Positions 19,292-29,251 are shown, counted from the stretch's first letter. The stretch: DNA of 64,000 nt from Candidatus Omnitrophota bacterium (GCA_028716705.1 JAQUPI010000001.1:1614-65613); one strand, 5' to 3'. Program-made: numbers and translations. Notes: generated from the letters alone by a model not told the origin.

Positions 19292-19789
19292 ATGGGTAAC
19301 ATATTCGCGGGAAGCGAAATTGTGGAAATAGGTATCCAGATCGAAAAAAATGGCAGGGATTTTTATAAGGTTCTTTCCGGAAAATCTAAAGACGGGAAAG
19401 CGGCGGGGGTCTTCGGGTTCTTGGCCGGGGAAGAAGAGAAGCATATTAAAGCCTTCCAGGATATTCTGGATAAAACGGATAAATATGAGCCTGCCGGGAT
19501 CGGGGCGGATGATTATTTCGCTTATATGAACGCCTTGGCCGGCGAATATGTTTTCACGCAGAAAGACAAAGGGGCGGAGATAGCCGAAAGCATAAAAAGC
19601 GATGAAGAAGCCGTGACTATGGGTATAGGTTTCGAGAAGGATTCAATCATATTTTATGAGGGGATGAAAAAAACCGTTCCGGATTTCGATATTAAATTGA
19701 TCGATTCGCTTATCGCGCAGGAGCAGAGCCATTTAACGCAGCTTTCGGATCTAAAGGCGAGTATTTTACAAGGAGAAAAGAATGGATAA
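19292..19789 (+). CDS. Rubrerythrin/ferritin-like diiron protein
   Basis: RBS AAGAGGGGGAAAG; two ExxH motifs (EEKH, EQSH); ORF 19112..19789 trimmed to ATG 19292. Confidence 0.5.
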   Translation: MGNIFAGSEIVEIGIQIEKNGRDFYKVLSGKSKDGKAAGVFGFLAGEEEKHIKAFQDILDKTDKYEPAGIGADDYFAYMNALAGEYVFTQKDKGAEIAESIKSDEEAVTMGIGFEKDSIIFYEGMKKTVPDFDIKLIDSLIAQEQSHLTQLSDLKASILQGEKNG

Positions 19790-20018
19790 AAAGATATTGG
19801 TTTACAGCACGCCGACCTGCCCTTATTGCGTCAGGGCAAAACAGTTCCTGAAAGACAATAATGTAGCTTTTGAGGACATAGACGTTTCCCTGAACCAGGC
19901 TGCCGGAGATGAAATGGTACGCAAGTCCGGCCAGATGGGCGTTCCGGTCCTGGATATTGAAGGAGAGATCATTATCGGGTTTGACAGGGAAAAAATAAAG
20001 ACGGCGTTAGGCTTATAA
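19782..20018 (+). CDS. Glutaredoxin-like protein (CPYC)
   Basis: YSTPTCPYCVRAK active site; 78 aa. Confidence 0.75.
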   Translation: MDKKILVYSTPTCPYCVRAKQFLKDNNVAFEDIDVSLNQAAGDEMVRKSGQMGVPVLDIEGEIIIGFDREKIKTALGL

Positions 20019-20036
20019 CAAAATTATAAACTATAG

Positions 20037-20109
20037 ATCCCAAATCCCAGATCCCAGTGGCCGGAATCCAAATTAAACTAAGGTCATTCGGTAATTTTGA
20101 ATTTGGGAT
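20037..20109 (+). promoter_or_regulatory. Structured element upstream of trxB: three tandem ATCCCA heptads (20037-20056) and an imperfect inverted repeat ATCCCAAATCC / GAATTTGGGAT (20037-47 / 20099-109)
   Basis: Read directly; could be a terminator for grx or a regulator site. Confidence 0.25.
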
Positions 20110-20124
20110 TTATTTTGTAAAATT

Positions 20125-21039
20125 ATGCACGACCTGATTATTATCGGAGCCGGGCCCGCGGGGATCACCGCGGCGGTCTACGCGGCGCGCAAAAACATGA
20201 ATCTCCTGGTCATAAGCAAAGACGTCGGCGGCCAGGCGGCGATCAGCGGCGATGTGGAGAATTATACCGGCTACCAGTTCATTACCGGCCCGGAGCTTGC
20301 GTTGAAATTCGAAGAGCATATGCGGGGATTTGATATCGCCTTGAAGGAAAACGAGGAAGCGGTCGCGGTTGAGAAAACAGGCGATAAAGTAACCGTCAAG
20401 ACGAATAAAGCTGTTTATGAAGCGAAAAGCGTGATCATAGCCTCGGGTAAAAGGTCGCGCGAGCTGAATGTTCCCGGGGAAAAAGAATTCAGGAACAGGG
20501 GGCTTACCTATTGCGCGACTTGCGACGCGCCTTTATTCAAAGGTAAAGAAGTCGCTGTTATAGGTGGAGGCAATTCCGCCCTTGACGCCGGCTTGCAGCT
20601 GATCAAAATCGCAAGCCGGGTGTATATGATCAATATCGGCCCGGATTTCACCGGTGATGCCGTGATGCGGAAGAAGGTCGGCGAGAGCGGGATGGTCACA
20701 GTGTTTTCCGATTCAAAGATCACAGCGATCCTGGGGGATAAAATGGTGACCGGGATACGGATTAACAGGCAGTCAAAAGAGCAGGAATTAGCCGTGCAGG
20801 GCGTATTCGTAGAGATAGGGCTTATACCCAATTCTGAATTTGCCGAAGACATAGAAAAGAACAGATACAAAGAAATTAAGATAAATTCAAGCAATGAAAC
20901 CAATATTCCCGGTATTTTCGCGGCGGGGGATGTTACCGATATCCCGGAGAAACAGATCATCATTGCCGCGGGGGAAGGCGCTAAAGCCGCGTTAAGCGCG
21001 TTTGGATATATGGCGAGGACGTCATGGCCGGCAAAATAA
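20125..21039 (+). CDS. trxB: Thioredoxin-disulfide reductase
   Basis: GAGPAG FAD motif, CATCDAP redox-active disulfide, GGGNSA NADPH motif. Confidence 0.85.
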   Translation: MHDLIIIGAGPAGITAAVYAARKNMNLLVISKDVGGQAAISGDVENYTGYQFITGPELALKFEEHMRGFDIALKENEEAVAVEKTGDKVTVKTNKAVYEAKSVIIASGKRSRELNVPGEKEFRNRGLTYCATCDAPLFKGKEVAVIGGGNSALDAGLQLIKIASRVYMINIGPDFTGDAVMRKKVGESGMVTVFSDSKITAILGDKMVTGIRINRQSKEQELAVQGVFVEIGLIPNSEFAEDIEKNRYKEIKINSSNETNIPGIFAAGDVTDIPEKQIIIAAGEGAKAALSAFGYMARTSWPAK

Positions 21040-21836
21040 AGCTCGACGCTTACAGCTTGTTGGCGAAAATAAGGCAAGAAAATCCGGTTGTGCACCATTT
21101 GACTAACTGGGTCACGATCTATGACTGCGCGAATATCACAAAGGTCCTTGGGGCGTCTCCGGTGATGGCTCACGCTCAGGAAGAGTCCGCCGAAATGGCG
21201 TCAATCGCCTCGAGTTTAGTACTTAATATCGGCACACTAACGGTGGATTTTGTCGAGGCGATGAAGCTCGCCGCGAAAAGCGCCAATAAAAAAGGCATAC
21301 CCGTGATCCTTGATGTTTGCGGAGCGGGAGCTACGCAATTAAGGGACAAAAAATGCCTTGAGCTCCTTGATGAAACAACGATAAATGTGGTTAAAGGCAA
21401 TGCTTCCGAGATCGCCAGGGTGAGCGGCGAAAAAGTATTGACAAGGGGCGTTGATACGGGGCATGTGAGCAAGGATGTGATAACGATATCCCGCGGCCTT
21501 GCCCTAAGGCGGGGCTGTACCGTGGTAGTAACGGGGAGAGAAGATACCGTTACGGACGGCAAAGAAATTTATATCATCAAGAACGGACACCCGATGATGA
21601 CCCATGTTGTGGGTACCGGGTGCATGGCCGCCTCTGTCATAGGCGCATTCTGCGCGGTGGAGAAGGATCTGGCTTACGCGGCAGCCGCGGGCTTAATATG
21701 TTTTGAGATCGCCGCGGAGTGCGCGGTAAAATCCTCTTTGGGCCCCGGCTCTTTTAAAGAGAGGCTTTTTGACTGCGCCTTTAACCTGGATAAAAAGACA
21801 ATAACAAAGATGCAGAAGGTGGAATGTTCAAGTTAA
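21024..21836 (+). CDS. thiM: Hydroxyethylthiazole kinase
   Basis: ThiM-like sequence (VTNWVTIYDCAN...GTGCM). Confidence 0.8.
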   Translation: MAGKIKLDAYSLLAKIRQENPVVHHLTNWVTIYDCANITKVLGASPVMAHAQEESAEMASIASSLVLNIGTLTVDFVEAMKLAAKSANKKGIPVILDVCGAGATQLRDKKCLELLDETTINVVKGNASEIARVSGEKVLTRGVDTGHVSKDVITISRGLALRRGCTVVVTGREDTVTDGKEIYIIKNGHPMMTHVVGTGCMAASVIGAFCAVEKDLAYAAAAGLICFEIAAECAVKSSLGPGSFKERLFDCAFNLDKKTITKMQKVECSS

Positions 21837-22438
21837 ACGGTTATTATTTTATAACCGAATCCAGGCTCAGCCGCTCAGGGAATATAAGCGACGTAAGGGA
21901 TGCTCTGGCGGCAGGAGTAAAAGTAGTGCAGTACAGGAACAAGCATTCCTCGACTGAAGAAATGTTCGAAGAAGCCTTGAAAATAAGGAAGATCTGCCGG
22001 AATATCATTTTTTTGGTTAACGACCGCGTAGACATAGCGTTAGCCGTGAAAGCCGATGGGGTGCACATAGGCAAAGGCGACCTTCCTTACAACGCCGCGA
22101 GAAGACTCCTGGGGAAGAACAGGATCATCGGCCTCACGGTGCATAGCGTCGCGGAGGCAAAGCAAGCGCGAGGATCGGGCGCGGATTATGTCGGCGTGTC
22201 CCCCATATTTATTACAAAGACTAAACCGGATTCCGGCAAGCCCCGGGGAGTATCTTTGATAAGAAAAATAAAAAAAAGCGTTTCCATCCCCGTCGCCGCT
22301 ATCGGCGGAATAGATCTAACGAACGCAAAAGAGGTGATCGATGCCGGTGCGGACGCGATTTGCGCCATATCCGCGGTGGTAACAAGGCCGGATGTAAGTA
22401 AAGAAATAAAAAAGTTCCAAGCGTTATTCGGCGCTTGA
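21824..22438 (+). CDS. thiE: Thiamine-phosphate synthase
   Basis: ThiE-like (VQYRNK...IGLTVHS...GADYVGVSPIF). Confidence 0.85.
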   Translation: MFKLNGYYFITESRLSRSGNISDVRDALAAGVKVVQYRNKHSSTEEMFEEALKIRKICRNIIFLVNDRVDIALAVKADGVHIGKGDLPYNAARRLLGKNRIIGLTVHSVAEAKQARGSGADYVGVSPIFITKTKPDSGKPRGVSLIRKIKKSVSIPVAAIGGIDLTNAKEVIDAGADAICAISAVVTRPDVSKEIKKFQALFGA

Positions 22439-22463
22439 CAAAAACCAATATTCTTGATTTAAT

Positions 22464-22489
22464 GTTGTAGAAGACAACACACCAATCCA
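22464..22489 (+). repeat. 26-bp direct repeat copy 1 (GTTGTAGAAGACAACACACCAATCCA), containing the small hairpin GTTGT-agaag-ACAAC
   Basis: Identical 26-mer also at 22700..22725; the two copies flank the TPP riboswitch. Confidence 0.8.
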
Positions 22490-22495
22490 TCCGCC

Positions 22496-22656
22496 CCGCG
22501 CGGGGGGCACTGGGCAATCATTTATGCCAAGGTGCGACAGGATTGGGTGTAAGCAGTTGAAACGGGGAGGCCGTTGGCCGGCCTGAGAGTTCCGCAAAGT
22601 AAGCGGATTACCCGATGAACCTGATCTGGATAATGCCAGCGGAGGGAAAGGAGGAT
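22496..22656 (+). ncRNA. TPP (THI-box) riboswitch in the leader of thi4
   Basis: Conserved THI-box elements GGGGCAC...CUGAGA...ACCCGAUGAACCUGAUCUGGAUAAUGCCAGCGGAGGGAA read in the sequence. Confidence 0.8.
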
Positions 22657-22666
22657 GAATTGAAGG

Positions 22667-22699
22667 CGCCCTTTATGCAGTTGGCATAAAGGGTTTTTT
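22667..22699 (+). terminator. Riboswitch expression-platform intrinsic terminator (CCCTTTATGC-agttg-GCATAAAGGG + TTTTTT)
   Basis: 10-bp perfect stem followed by T6. Confidence 0.7.
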
Positions 22700-22725
22700 G
22701 TTGTAGAAGACAACACACCAATCCA
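22700..22725 (+). repeat. 26-bp direct repeat copy 2
   Basis: Identical to 22464..22489. Confidence 0.8.
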
Positions 22726-22760
22726 ACGGATAGGATTAGGTGCAAAGACAGGAGGCTAAG

Positions 22761-23573
22761 ATGTTCGCGAAGATCAAAGAATCACAAATAAGCCGGGCAA
22801 TTGTCGGCGAGTTCAACAAGTGGTTTGACGAGTACATAGTTTCAGACGTGATCATCGTCGGCGCCGGGCCAAGCGGGCTTATCGCCGGACGCGATCTGGC
22901 AAACGCGGGTTTTAAGACCCTGATAATCGAGAGCAACAATTATATCGGGGGAGGTTTCTGGGTGGGCGGTTATTTTATGAATACGCTGACTTTCCGCGCG
23001 CCCGGCAATGAAATGCTGGATGAGCTGAGGATCCCCCATAAAGAAATTGAGGACGGGTTGTTTGTTTCTGATGGGCCGAGCGCCTGTTCGAAGCTCATAT
23101 CCGCTGCCTGCGACTCGGGCGTAAAGATACTCAATCTCACGAAGTTTGACGATGTTGTCTACCGTAACAATAAAGTAGAAGGCACGGTGATCAACTGGTC
23201 CCCTGTTTCCGCGCTGCCCAGACAGATCACCTGTGTTGACCCGATCGCCCTGGAATCGAAATTCGTTATCGATGCTACCGGCCATGATGCCTGGGTCGCT
23301 AAAAGCCTGGAAAAAAGAGGGCTCTTAAAAATACAAACCTACGGCCCCATGGATGTAAACAGCTCAGAGGATCTGGTAGTTGAGAAAACAGGCGAAATAT
23401 TCCCTGGATTATACGCGACCGGGATGGCCGTGTCCACAGTTTACGGCATACCCCGGATGGGCCCTACTTTCTCAGGGATGTTGTTTTCAGGAAGAAAAGC
23501 CGCTAAAGAGATAGCCCAAAGACTATCGCAAGCAGGATCGTTTACTACCAAAGAAACAGCAGCTGTTTGCTAA
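22761..23573 (+). CDS. thi4: Thiazole synthase, Thi4 family
   Basis: RBS AGGAGG; VIIVGAGPSGL dinucleotide-binding motif and Thi4-like body. Confidence 0.8.
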   Translation: MFAKIKESQISRAIVGEFNKWFDEYIVSDVIIVGAGPSGLIAGRDLANAGFKTLIIESNNYIGGGFWVGGYFMNTLTFRAPGNEMLDELRIPHKEIEDGLFVSDGPSACSKLISAACDSGVKILNLTKFDDVVYRNNKVEGTVINWSPVSALPRQITCVDPIALESKFVIDATGHDAWVAKSLEKRGLLKIQTYGPMDVNSSEDLVVEKTGEIFPGLYATGMAVSTVYGIPRMGPTFSGMLFSGRKAAKEIAQRLSQAGSFTTKETAAVC

Positions 23574-23602
23574 ATTCTAAGTATCTAGAATAGCGCTTAA
23601 AA

Positions 23603-23641
23603 AGTGCCCCCTCCTTTGAATTATTAACGGGGGCACTTTTT
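23603..23641 (+). terminator. Intrinsic terminator after thi4 (AGTGCCCCC ... GGGGGCACT + TTTTT), A-tract upstream makes it potentially bidirectional
   Basis: 9-bp GC-rich stem and T-tract. Confidence 0.7.
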
Positions 23642-23654
23642 ATTTAAAAAAACC

Positions 23655-23706
23655 TTGACAAAAGGATGTTTCTATGTATACTCTACTATATTAATAGGAA
23701 TAGTAG
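23655..23706 (+). promoter_or_regulatory. Sigma70-like promoter (TTGACA-N16-TATACT) immediately followed by a 24-bp palindrome CTACTAT-N10-ATAGTAG; candidate Rrf2 (CymR/IscR-like) auto-operator
   Basis: -35 23655-60, -10 23677-82, inverted repeat 23683-23706, all upstream of the Rrf2 ATG at 23757. Confidence 0.5.
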
Positions 23707-23756
23707 ACATAGAGAAAGAGGCCAGTTGGGAGACGGCTTGCGAACAAGAAGATAAA

Positions 23757-24197
23757 ATGAGAGTGACATATAAAGGCGATTACGCATTAAAAGCAGTTCT
23801 GGATCTGGCGCTGCATTACGACGCGGCTTTGGTCACCAGCCATGACATTGCCCGCCGCATAGACGCTCCTGTAAAATTTTTAGAACAAGTCCTTTTGGAT
23901 CTGAAAAAAGGCGGCCTCGTGGAAAGCAGGCGCGGGAATATCGGGGGCTATTTGTTGTCCAGGCCGCCGGCTGATATTACCATCGGGGAGGTGTTAAGGA
24001 TCATTGATGGCCCGACTGAGCCGATATCCTGCGTAAACGAGAGCTATTCTAAGTGCGTGGATATAAGAAAATGCGTGTTTAAGAATATCTGGAAGAAAGT
24101 GAGCCAGGCTACCTCGAATATTGTCGATAATATAAATTTTCAAGACCTGGTTTTTCAGGTCAATTCCGCGAAGGAAGCGCTGATGTATTCAATTTAG
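23757..24197 (+). CDS. Rrf2-family transcriptional regulator (CymR/IscR-like)
   Basis: N-terminal wHTH ([26 protein letters not shown]), about 146 aa; the tracked ORF start 23655 is rejected because it overlaps the promoter. Confidence 0.8.
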   Translation: MRVTYKGDYALKAVLDLALHYDAALVTSHDIARRIDAPVKFLEQVLLDLKKGGLVESRRGNIGGYLLSRPPADITIGEVLRIIDGPTEPISCVNESYSKCVDIRKCVFKNIWKKVSQATSNIVDNINFQDLVFQVNSAKEALMYSI

Positions 24198-24228
24198 CTA
24201 TTTGCATAAAACGCGAAAGGAGAAAGTA

Positions 24229-25524
24229 ATGGCAAAAAATGAGAATCAATTGAAATTAGAGACTATCCTTTTACACGGGGGCCAGGAGCCCGACCCAACC
24301 ACAGGTTCCAGGGCGGTCCCCATTTACCAGACCACATCATATCAATTTAAGAGCACCGAACACGCGGCTAATTTGTTCGGTCTGAAGGAATTCGGGAATA
24401 TTTATACGCGCCTGATGAATCCGACTACCGATGTCCTTGAGAAAAGGGTCGCGCTTCTGGATGGCGGCGCCGGGGCCCTGGCGGTAGCCAGCGGCCAATC
24501 CGCGATTACGCTCGCCTTGCTCAACATCGCCCAGGCGGGGGACGAAATAGTTTCCGCGGATAATCTTTACGGAGGCACATACACTCTCTTCCATTATACT
24601 TTCCCGCGCTTAGGAGTTAAGGTAAGATTTGTCCCTTCTAATGACCTGGCCGCGTTTCAAAAAGCTATTACATCTAAAACAAAGGCGATTTACTCCGAAT
24701 CGATCGGAAATCCCAAGCTCGATGTGGCGGATTTAGAGGGCATATCCAAAGTAGCTAAAAAAAACGGCATACCCTTTGTATTAGATAATACAGTCTCCCC
24801 ATATTTATTACGGCCGATCGATTTCGGGGTAGATATCGTTGTTTATTCAGCGACTAAATTTATCGGCGGCCATGGCACAAGCCTGGGAGGGTTAATAGTC
24901 GATTCCGGGAAATTCGATTGGACCAACGGAAAATTTCCCTTAATAGCCGAACCCGATCCGAGCTATCATGGCATTAATTTCGTGGAAGCGTTAAAGCCCC
25001 TTGGTAATATCGCTTATATCATTAAGGCGCGGGTAAGCTTATTAAGGGATCTGGGTCCCGCGCTTTCACCTTTTAATGCCTTTTTATTCCTGCAGGGCCT
25101 GGAAACACTGCATCTGAGGATAACCCGTCATTCTGAAAATGCTCTTGCAGTCGCAAAATATCTAAAAAAACATAAATTGGTTAGCTGGGTAAATTATCCC
25201 GGCTTGGAAGACAGCCCGGAAAAGGAAAGGGTCAAAAAGTACCTGCCGCGGGGGGCAGGGGCTATCATAGGTTTTGGAATCAAGGGTGGACTGGAGGCGG
25301 GCAAAAGGTTCATTGATTCGCTGCAATTAATATCGCATCTGGCTAACATAGGAGACGCCAAGACCCTGGCCATCCATCCAGCAACCACGACTCACCAGCA
25401 GTTATCCCCCGGCGAGCAGTTATCCACCGGGGTGACCCCCGATTTTATCCGGTTGTCCATAGGCATTGAGAGTATAGATGATATTCTCGCTGATATTGAA
25501 CAGGCATTGAAAAAGGCTGCATAA
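24229..25524 (+). CDS. metY: O-acetylhomoserine sulfhydrylase (PLP-dependent Cys/Met metabolism enzyme)
   Basis: PLP-lysine context [15 protein letters not shown]; Met-gamma-lyase/OAH sulfhydrylase family. Confidence 0.8.
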   Translation: MAKNENQLKLETILLHGGQEPDPTTGSRAVPIYQTTSYQFKSTEHAANLFGLKEFGNIYTRLMNPTTDVLEKRVALLDGGAGALAVASGQSAITLALLNIAQAGDEIVSADNLYGGTYTLFHYTFPRLGVKVRFVPSNDLAAFQKAITSKTKAIYSESIGNPKLDVADLEGISKVAKKNGIPFVLDNTVSPYLLRPIDFGVDIVVYSATKFIGGHGTSLGGLIVDSGKFDWTNGKFPLIAEPDPSYHGINFVEALKPLGNIAYIIKARVSLLRDLGPALSPFNAFLFLQGLETLHLRITRHSENALAVAKYLKKHKLVSWVNYPGLEDSPEKERVKKYLPRGAGAIIGFGIKGGLEAGKRFIDSLQLISHLANIGDAKTLAIHPATTTHQQLSPGEQLSTGVTPDFIRLSIGIESIDDILADIEQALKKAA

Positions 25525-25541
25525 CTCCCTTGGAGGATGGA

Positions 25542-26477
25542 ATGGCAAAGATATTTTCGGACCTTACAAAAACAGTAGGTAATACTCCCTTGGTCAAGCT
25601 TAATCATATCACTGAGGGCCTGGAGGCGGAGATATTGGTGAAATTGGAGTCGTTCAATCCCCTTTCCAGCGTCAAGGACCGTATCGGGGTAGCGATGATA
25701 GAGGACGCGGAGAGAAGAGGTATCCTAAAAAAGAACACCACGATTATCGAGCCTACCAGCGGTAACACCGGTATCGCCCTGGCGTTTGTGGCGGCAGCTA
25801 AAGGCTACAAATTGATCCTGACCATGCCTGACACCATGAGCGTAGAAAGGCGGCAACTGCTCGCCATTTTCGGGGCAGAGCTGGTTTTGACCCCGGGAGC
25901 CGAAGGCATGAAGGGGGCTGTAAAAAAAGCCGAGGATTTGGCGAAGGAAACACCCGACTCGGTCATCTTGCAGCAATTCAATAATCCGGCTAATCCTGAG
26001 ATCCATCGCAAGACTACAGCCGAAGAAATATGGAATGACACAGACGGGAAAGTGGATGTCTTGGTTTCCGGAGTGGGCACGGGCGGCACCATTACGGGGG
26101 TCGCGGAAGTGATCAAAAAAAGGAAGCCCTCTTTTAAGGCCATCGCGGTCGAGCCTGACGCTTCGCCAGTTCTGTCCGGCGGAGCTGCCGGTTCCCATAA
26201 GATCCAGGGGATAGGGGCGGGGTTTGTGCCGCAGGTATTGAATAAGGACATCATCGATGAAGTCATCCGCGTGACTAACGAGAATGCCGCGGAGGCCGCG
26301 AGGCGCCTGGCAAGAGCGGAAGGGATACTCGCCGGCATTTCGAGCGGGGCCGCTTTATGGGCGGCTTTACAGGTGGCCAAACGCAAAGAGAGCGAAGGAA
26401 AGGTTATTGTCGTGATCCTGCCGGACACCGGCGAAAGGTACCTCACGACATGGCTTTTTCAAGAGGTAAAAGCATGA
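25542..26477 (+). CDS. cysK: Cysteine synthase (O-acetylserine sulfhydrylase)
   Basis: PLP motif [27 protein letters not shown]. Confidence 0.85.
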   Translation: MAKIFSDLTKTVGNTPLVKLNHITEGLEAEILVKLESFNPLSSVKDRIGVAMIEDAERRGILKKNTTIIEPTSGNTGIALAFVAAAKGYKLILTMPDTMSVERRQLLAIFGAELVLTPGAEGMKGAVKKAEDLAKETPDSVILQQFNNPANPEIHRKTTAEEIWNDTDGKVDVLVSGVGTGGTITGVAEVIKKRKPSFKAIAVEPDASPVLSGGAAGSHKIQGIGAGFVPQVLNKDIIDEVIRVTNENAAEAARRLARAEGILAGISSGAALWAALQVAKRKESEGKVIVVILPDTGERYLTTWLFQEVKA

Positions 26478-27634
26478 CAAAAGAAAAAATTATTTTACCG
26501 GAAAACAACGTTGGAATAGTCAAGACCGAGTATTTCTCGTTTAACGGGATCACCCTTGAGAGCGGCGAAAAGTTCGGGCCGATCACTCTTGCTTACGAAA
26601 CCTACGGCAAGTTAAACGCGAGCAAGTCCAACGCGGTTTTGATCCTCCACGCGCTCTCCGGAGACGCGCACGCCGCCGGCCTTCACGCGGAGCAGAACGC
26701 TATTGGCTGGTGGGATTCCATGATCGGACCCGGAAAGGCCTTTGATACGAACAAGTATTGTGTCATCTGTTCGAATGTCATTGGCGGGTGTAAAGGTTCA
26801 ACCGGGCCGTCGAGCGTAAACCCCAAGACAAACAAGCCTTACGCGCTGGATTTCCCTCTTATTACCATAGGCGATATGGTCACGGCGCAAAAACATCTGA
26901 TTGAATCTTTGGGTATAGAGAAACTGCTGACCGTAGTTGGAGGCTCGATGGGCGGGATGCAGGTTTTATCCTGGCTGGTCAAATATCCCAGGAAGGTCCG
27001 CAGTGTCATCCCTATCGCCACGGCTATAAAACACTCGCCGCAGCAGATCGCCTTTAATGAAGTAGGCAGGCAGGCGATCATGGCTGACGCGTATTGGAAA
27101 TCAGGGAATTATTATGAAGGCCCTGTGCCCGCAAAAGGCCTGGCAGTGGCCCGGATGATCGGGCATATAACATATATGAGCGATATATCGATGGCGGAAA
27201 AGTTCGGCAGGCAAAAGAAAAACTACGCCGAGCCATTTAAATTTACCGCTGATTTTGAAGTTGAAGGGTATCTGCGTTATAGAGGCGATAATTTTGTCAA
27301 GCGCTTTGACGCCAATTCTTACCTTTATATCACTAAGGCGATGGATAACTTTGACGCTTCCAAAGGCAAACCGTTCTATGAGGTTTTAAAAGATGTAGAA
27401 GCAAAAGCGCTGGTAGTTGCCTTTAAATCAGACTGGCTTTATCCGGCTTACCAATCGAAAGAGATAGCCAAGGCCTGCAAGCTTTCCGGGATCGACGCGA
27501 CTTACTGTGAAATTGATTCCACTTACGGCCACGACGCGTTTCTTTTGGAGGTAGCGGAGGAAACACACCTTATTTCGCATTTCTTAAAAAAGGTGGTTTT
27601 TGAGTATGAGGCGAAAGGAAGACATGATAAATAA
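26474..27634 (+). CDS. metX: Homoserine O-acetyltransferase
   Basis: Alpha/beta hydrolase fold with GGSMGG nucleophile elbow; MetX-like N-terminus; ATGA overlap with cysK. Confidence 0.85.
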   Translation: MTKEKIILPENNVGIVKTEYFSFNGITLESGEKFGPITLAYETYGKLNASKSNAVLILHALSGDAHAAGLHAEQNAIGWWDSMIGPGKAFDTNKYCVICSNVIGGCKGSTGPSSVNPKTNKPYALDFPLITIGDMVTAQKHLIESLGIEKLLTVVGGSMGGMQVLSWLVKYPRKVRSVIPIATAIKHSPQQIAFNEVGRQAIMADAYWKSGNYYEGPVPAKGLAVARMIGHITYMSDISMAEKFGRQKKNYAEPFKFTADFEVEGYLRYRGDNFVKRFDANSYLYITKAMDNFDASKGKPFYEVLKDVEAKALVVAFKSDWLYPAYQSKEIAKACKLSGIDATYCEIDSTYGHDAFLLEVAEETHLISHFLKKVVFEYEAKGRHDK

Positions 27635-28217
27635 AGGTGTACGTCTTGACCATGAAATAATACTGGAACTGGTCGGGCCGCAGTCTACGGTACTGGACCT
27701 TGGCTGCGGTACGGGCGAGCTTTTGGATATCCTGGCCAAAGAAAAAAAGACCAGGGGGCAGGGTATAGAGATAGACGAGCAGGCGATATATGAATGTGTC
27801 GCCAGGGGGGTGAGTGTTTTCCATGGCGACGTGGACAGCGGCCTGGCCGAATACAATGACAGTTCGTTTGATTATGTAATATTGAATCAGAGCCTGCAGC
27901 AGATAAGGCATGTGGATACGGTCCTTAACGATGCTTTGCGTGTCGGGAAGAAGGTGATCGTAGGCATACCTAATTTCGCTTTTTACAAAGCGAGGGTACA
28001 GATGTTCTTCAGGGGCAGGGCTCCTGTTACCGGATCTCTCCCCTACCAATGGTATGAAACGCCGAACCTGCATTTTTTAAGCATACTTGATTTCATATAC
28101 TATTGCCGCGAGAAAAAGATCAATATTGAGCAGAGCAAGTATATTAACGAGAAAAAACGCGTAATCCTGTTCCCTAACCTGTTCGCGCTGGTGGGGATAT
28201 TCCTGATTTCAAGATAA
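27624..28217 (+). CDS. metW: Methionine biosynthesis protein MetW
   Basis: SAM-MTase-like [10 protein letters not shown] motif; canonical metX-metW pairing; start at ATG 27624 (AAGGAAG RBS). Confidence 0.75.
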   Translation: MINKGVRLDHEIILELVGPQSTVLDLGCGTGELLDILAKEKKTRGQGIEIDEQAIYECVARGVSVFHGDVDSGLAEYNDSSFDYVILNQSLQQIRHVDTVLNDALRVGKKVIVGIPNFAFYKARVQMFFRGRAPVTGSLPYQWYETPNLHFLSILDFIYYCREKKINIEQSKYINEKKRVILFPNLFALVGIFLISR

Positions 28218-28246
28218 AAGCGAGTAAGGCTAGGATCCGTGCAAGG

Positions 28247-28285
28247 GGGCCCGGAGACGAAGATATCCGGGCCTGTTTGTTCTTT
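28247..28285 (+). terminator. Terminator-like hairpin after metW (GGCCCGGA...TCCGGGCC + T-rich tail)
   Basis: 8-bp GC stem read in the sequence. Confidence 0.45.
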
Positions 28286-28308
28286 AGGCCTGAACATAAG
28301 GAGGTAAT

Positions 28309-28488
28309 ATGCCGTATATCAATCTGAAATTAGTGGGAAAGTTAAGTAAAGAGCAAAAGGGAAAGATAGCGAAAGAATTCTCGGATACGCTTCTTAAGGT
28401 CGCAGGCAAGCCCAAAGAAAGCCTGTATCTGGTTATCGATGAAGTTTCCGGGGAGAATTGGGCGCAGGGTGAGAAGTTTTTCGGATAA
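28309..28488 (+). CDS. 4-oxalocrotonate tautomerase family protein (59 aa, N-terminal Pro1)
   Basis: RBS AAGGAGG; starts MPYINLKLVGK (Pro after the initiator Met) and is of tautomerase-family length; not in the ORF track. Confidence 0.6.
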   Translation: MPYINLKLVGKLSKEQKGKIAKEFSDTLLKVAGKPKESLYLVIDEVSGENWAQGEKFFG

Positions 28489-28504
28489 TAAACAATAATT
28501 AAGG

Positions 28505-29251
28505 TTGGGCGTAAAGGAGAAACAGATGAGTTTGTTGTCGAACAAAGATGATTTAAAAGAATTAGTTGAAAAGCTGAACTTTAAAGAAAAAGTTGAGCGC
28601 TCTAAGGAGCTCCTCAGGGAGTCCTATGCGAAATACGGCGATTTTTTGGTTGTGGCTAACAGTTTGGGGAAGGATTCGGTGGCCGTTTGGGACCTGGCAA
28701 AGAGGGTAAACCCGAAGATCCGCGGTTTTATTGTTACCACAAGATATAAGCCCCCGCAAACCGTACGGTTTATGAATGATGTTGTTTCCAGGTATCCTGA
28801 ATTAAAAGTTTACAAAAATGATGACCCCATAGGCGAAAGGCTTTATGAAAACGAGCCTGATAAGTGCTGCGATATCTTGAAAGTCATCCCGGTTAAGCAG
28901 GCGATACAAGAAATGCATGTGAAATGCTGGGTGACGGGCCTGCGCTGCACCGAAGGGCGCACGCGCACGGATTTTAAAGAAGTCGAAGAAAGGGACAAGG
29001 GCCTTATCAAGCTAAATCCCATACTTATCTGGAAAGAGAGGGAAGTCTGGCAGTATTTGGCTCTTTATCAGGTTCCTGTTAACCCTCTGTATGCCGAGGG
29101 TTACCGTTCTTTGGGCTGCGCTCCCTGCACCAAAATTACCAATGACGATAATGAGCGCGCCGGCCGCTGGATAGGCACGAGCAAGTGCGGCGGAGAATGC
29201 GGGATCCATACCAGGCCCTTAAAAACTAATGTAGCGGGAGACGGGATTTGA
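28505..29251 (+). CDS. cysH: Adenylyl-sulfate (APS/PAPS) reductase, thioredoxin-dependent, Fe-S (CC...CxxC) type
   Basis: PAPS-reductase PP-loop-like N-terminus; KCCDILKV and SLGCAPCT cysteine motifs typical of 4Fe-4S APS reductases. Confidence 0.75.
   Translation: MGVKEKQMSLLSNKDDLKELVEKLNFKEKVERSKELLRESYAKYGDFLVVANSLGKDSVAVWDLAKRVNPKIRGFIVTTRYKPPQTVRFMNDVVSRYPELKVYKNDDPIGERLYENEPDKCCDILKVIPVKQAIQEMHVKCWVTGLRCTEGRTRTDFKEVEERDKGLIKLNPILIWKEREVWQYLALYQVPVNPLYAEGYRSLGCAPCTKITNDDNERAGRWIGTSKCGGECGIHTRPLKTNVAGDGI

Noticed and set aside
20508-21173. 221-aa minus-strand ORF antisense to trxB/thiM (and similar long antisense ORFs at 25805..26446, 30591..31031, 52001..52492)
   Set aside because: They are fully embedded antisense to well-supported + strand genes, with low-complexity Pro/Ser/Ala-rich translations typical of antisense frames in GC-moderate genes; no RBS or homology signal.
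23655-23756. N-terminal extension of the Rrf2 ORF starting at TTG 23655
   Set aside because: The extension coincides with the TTGACA/TATACT promoter and operator palindrome; Rrf2 proteins are about 145 aa and start at [12 protein letters not shown] (23757).
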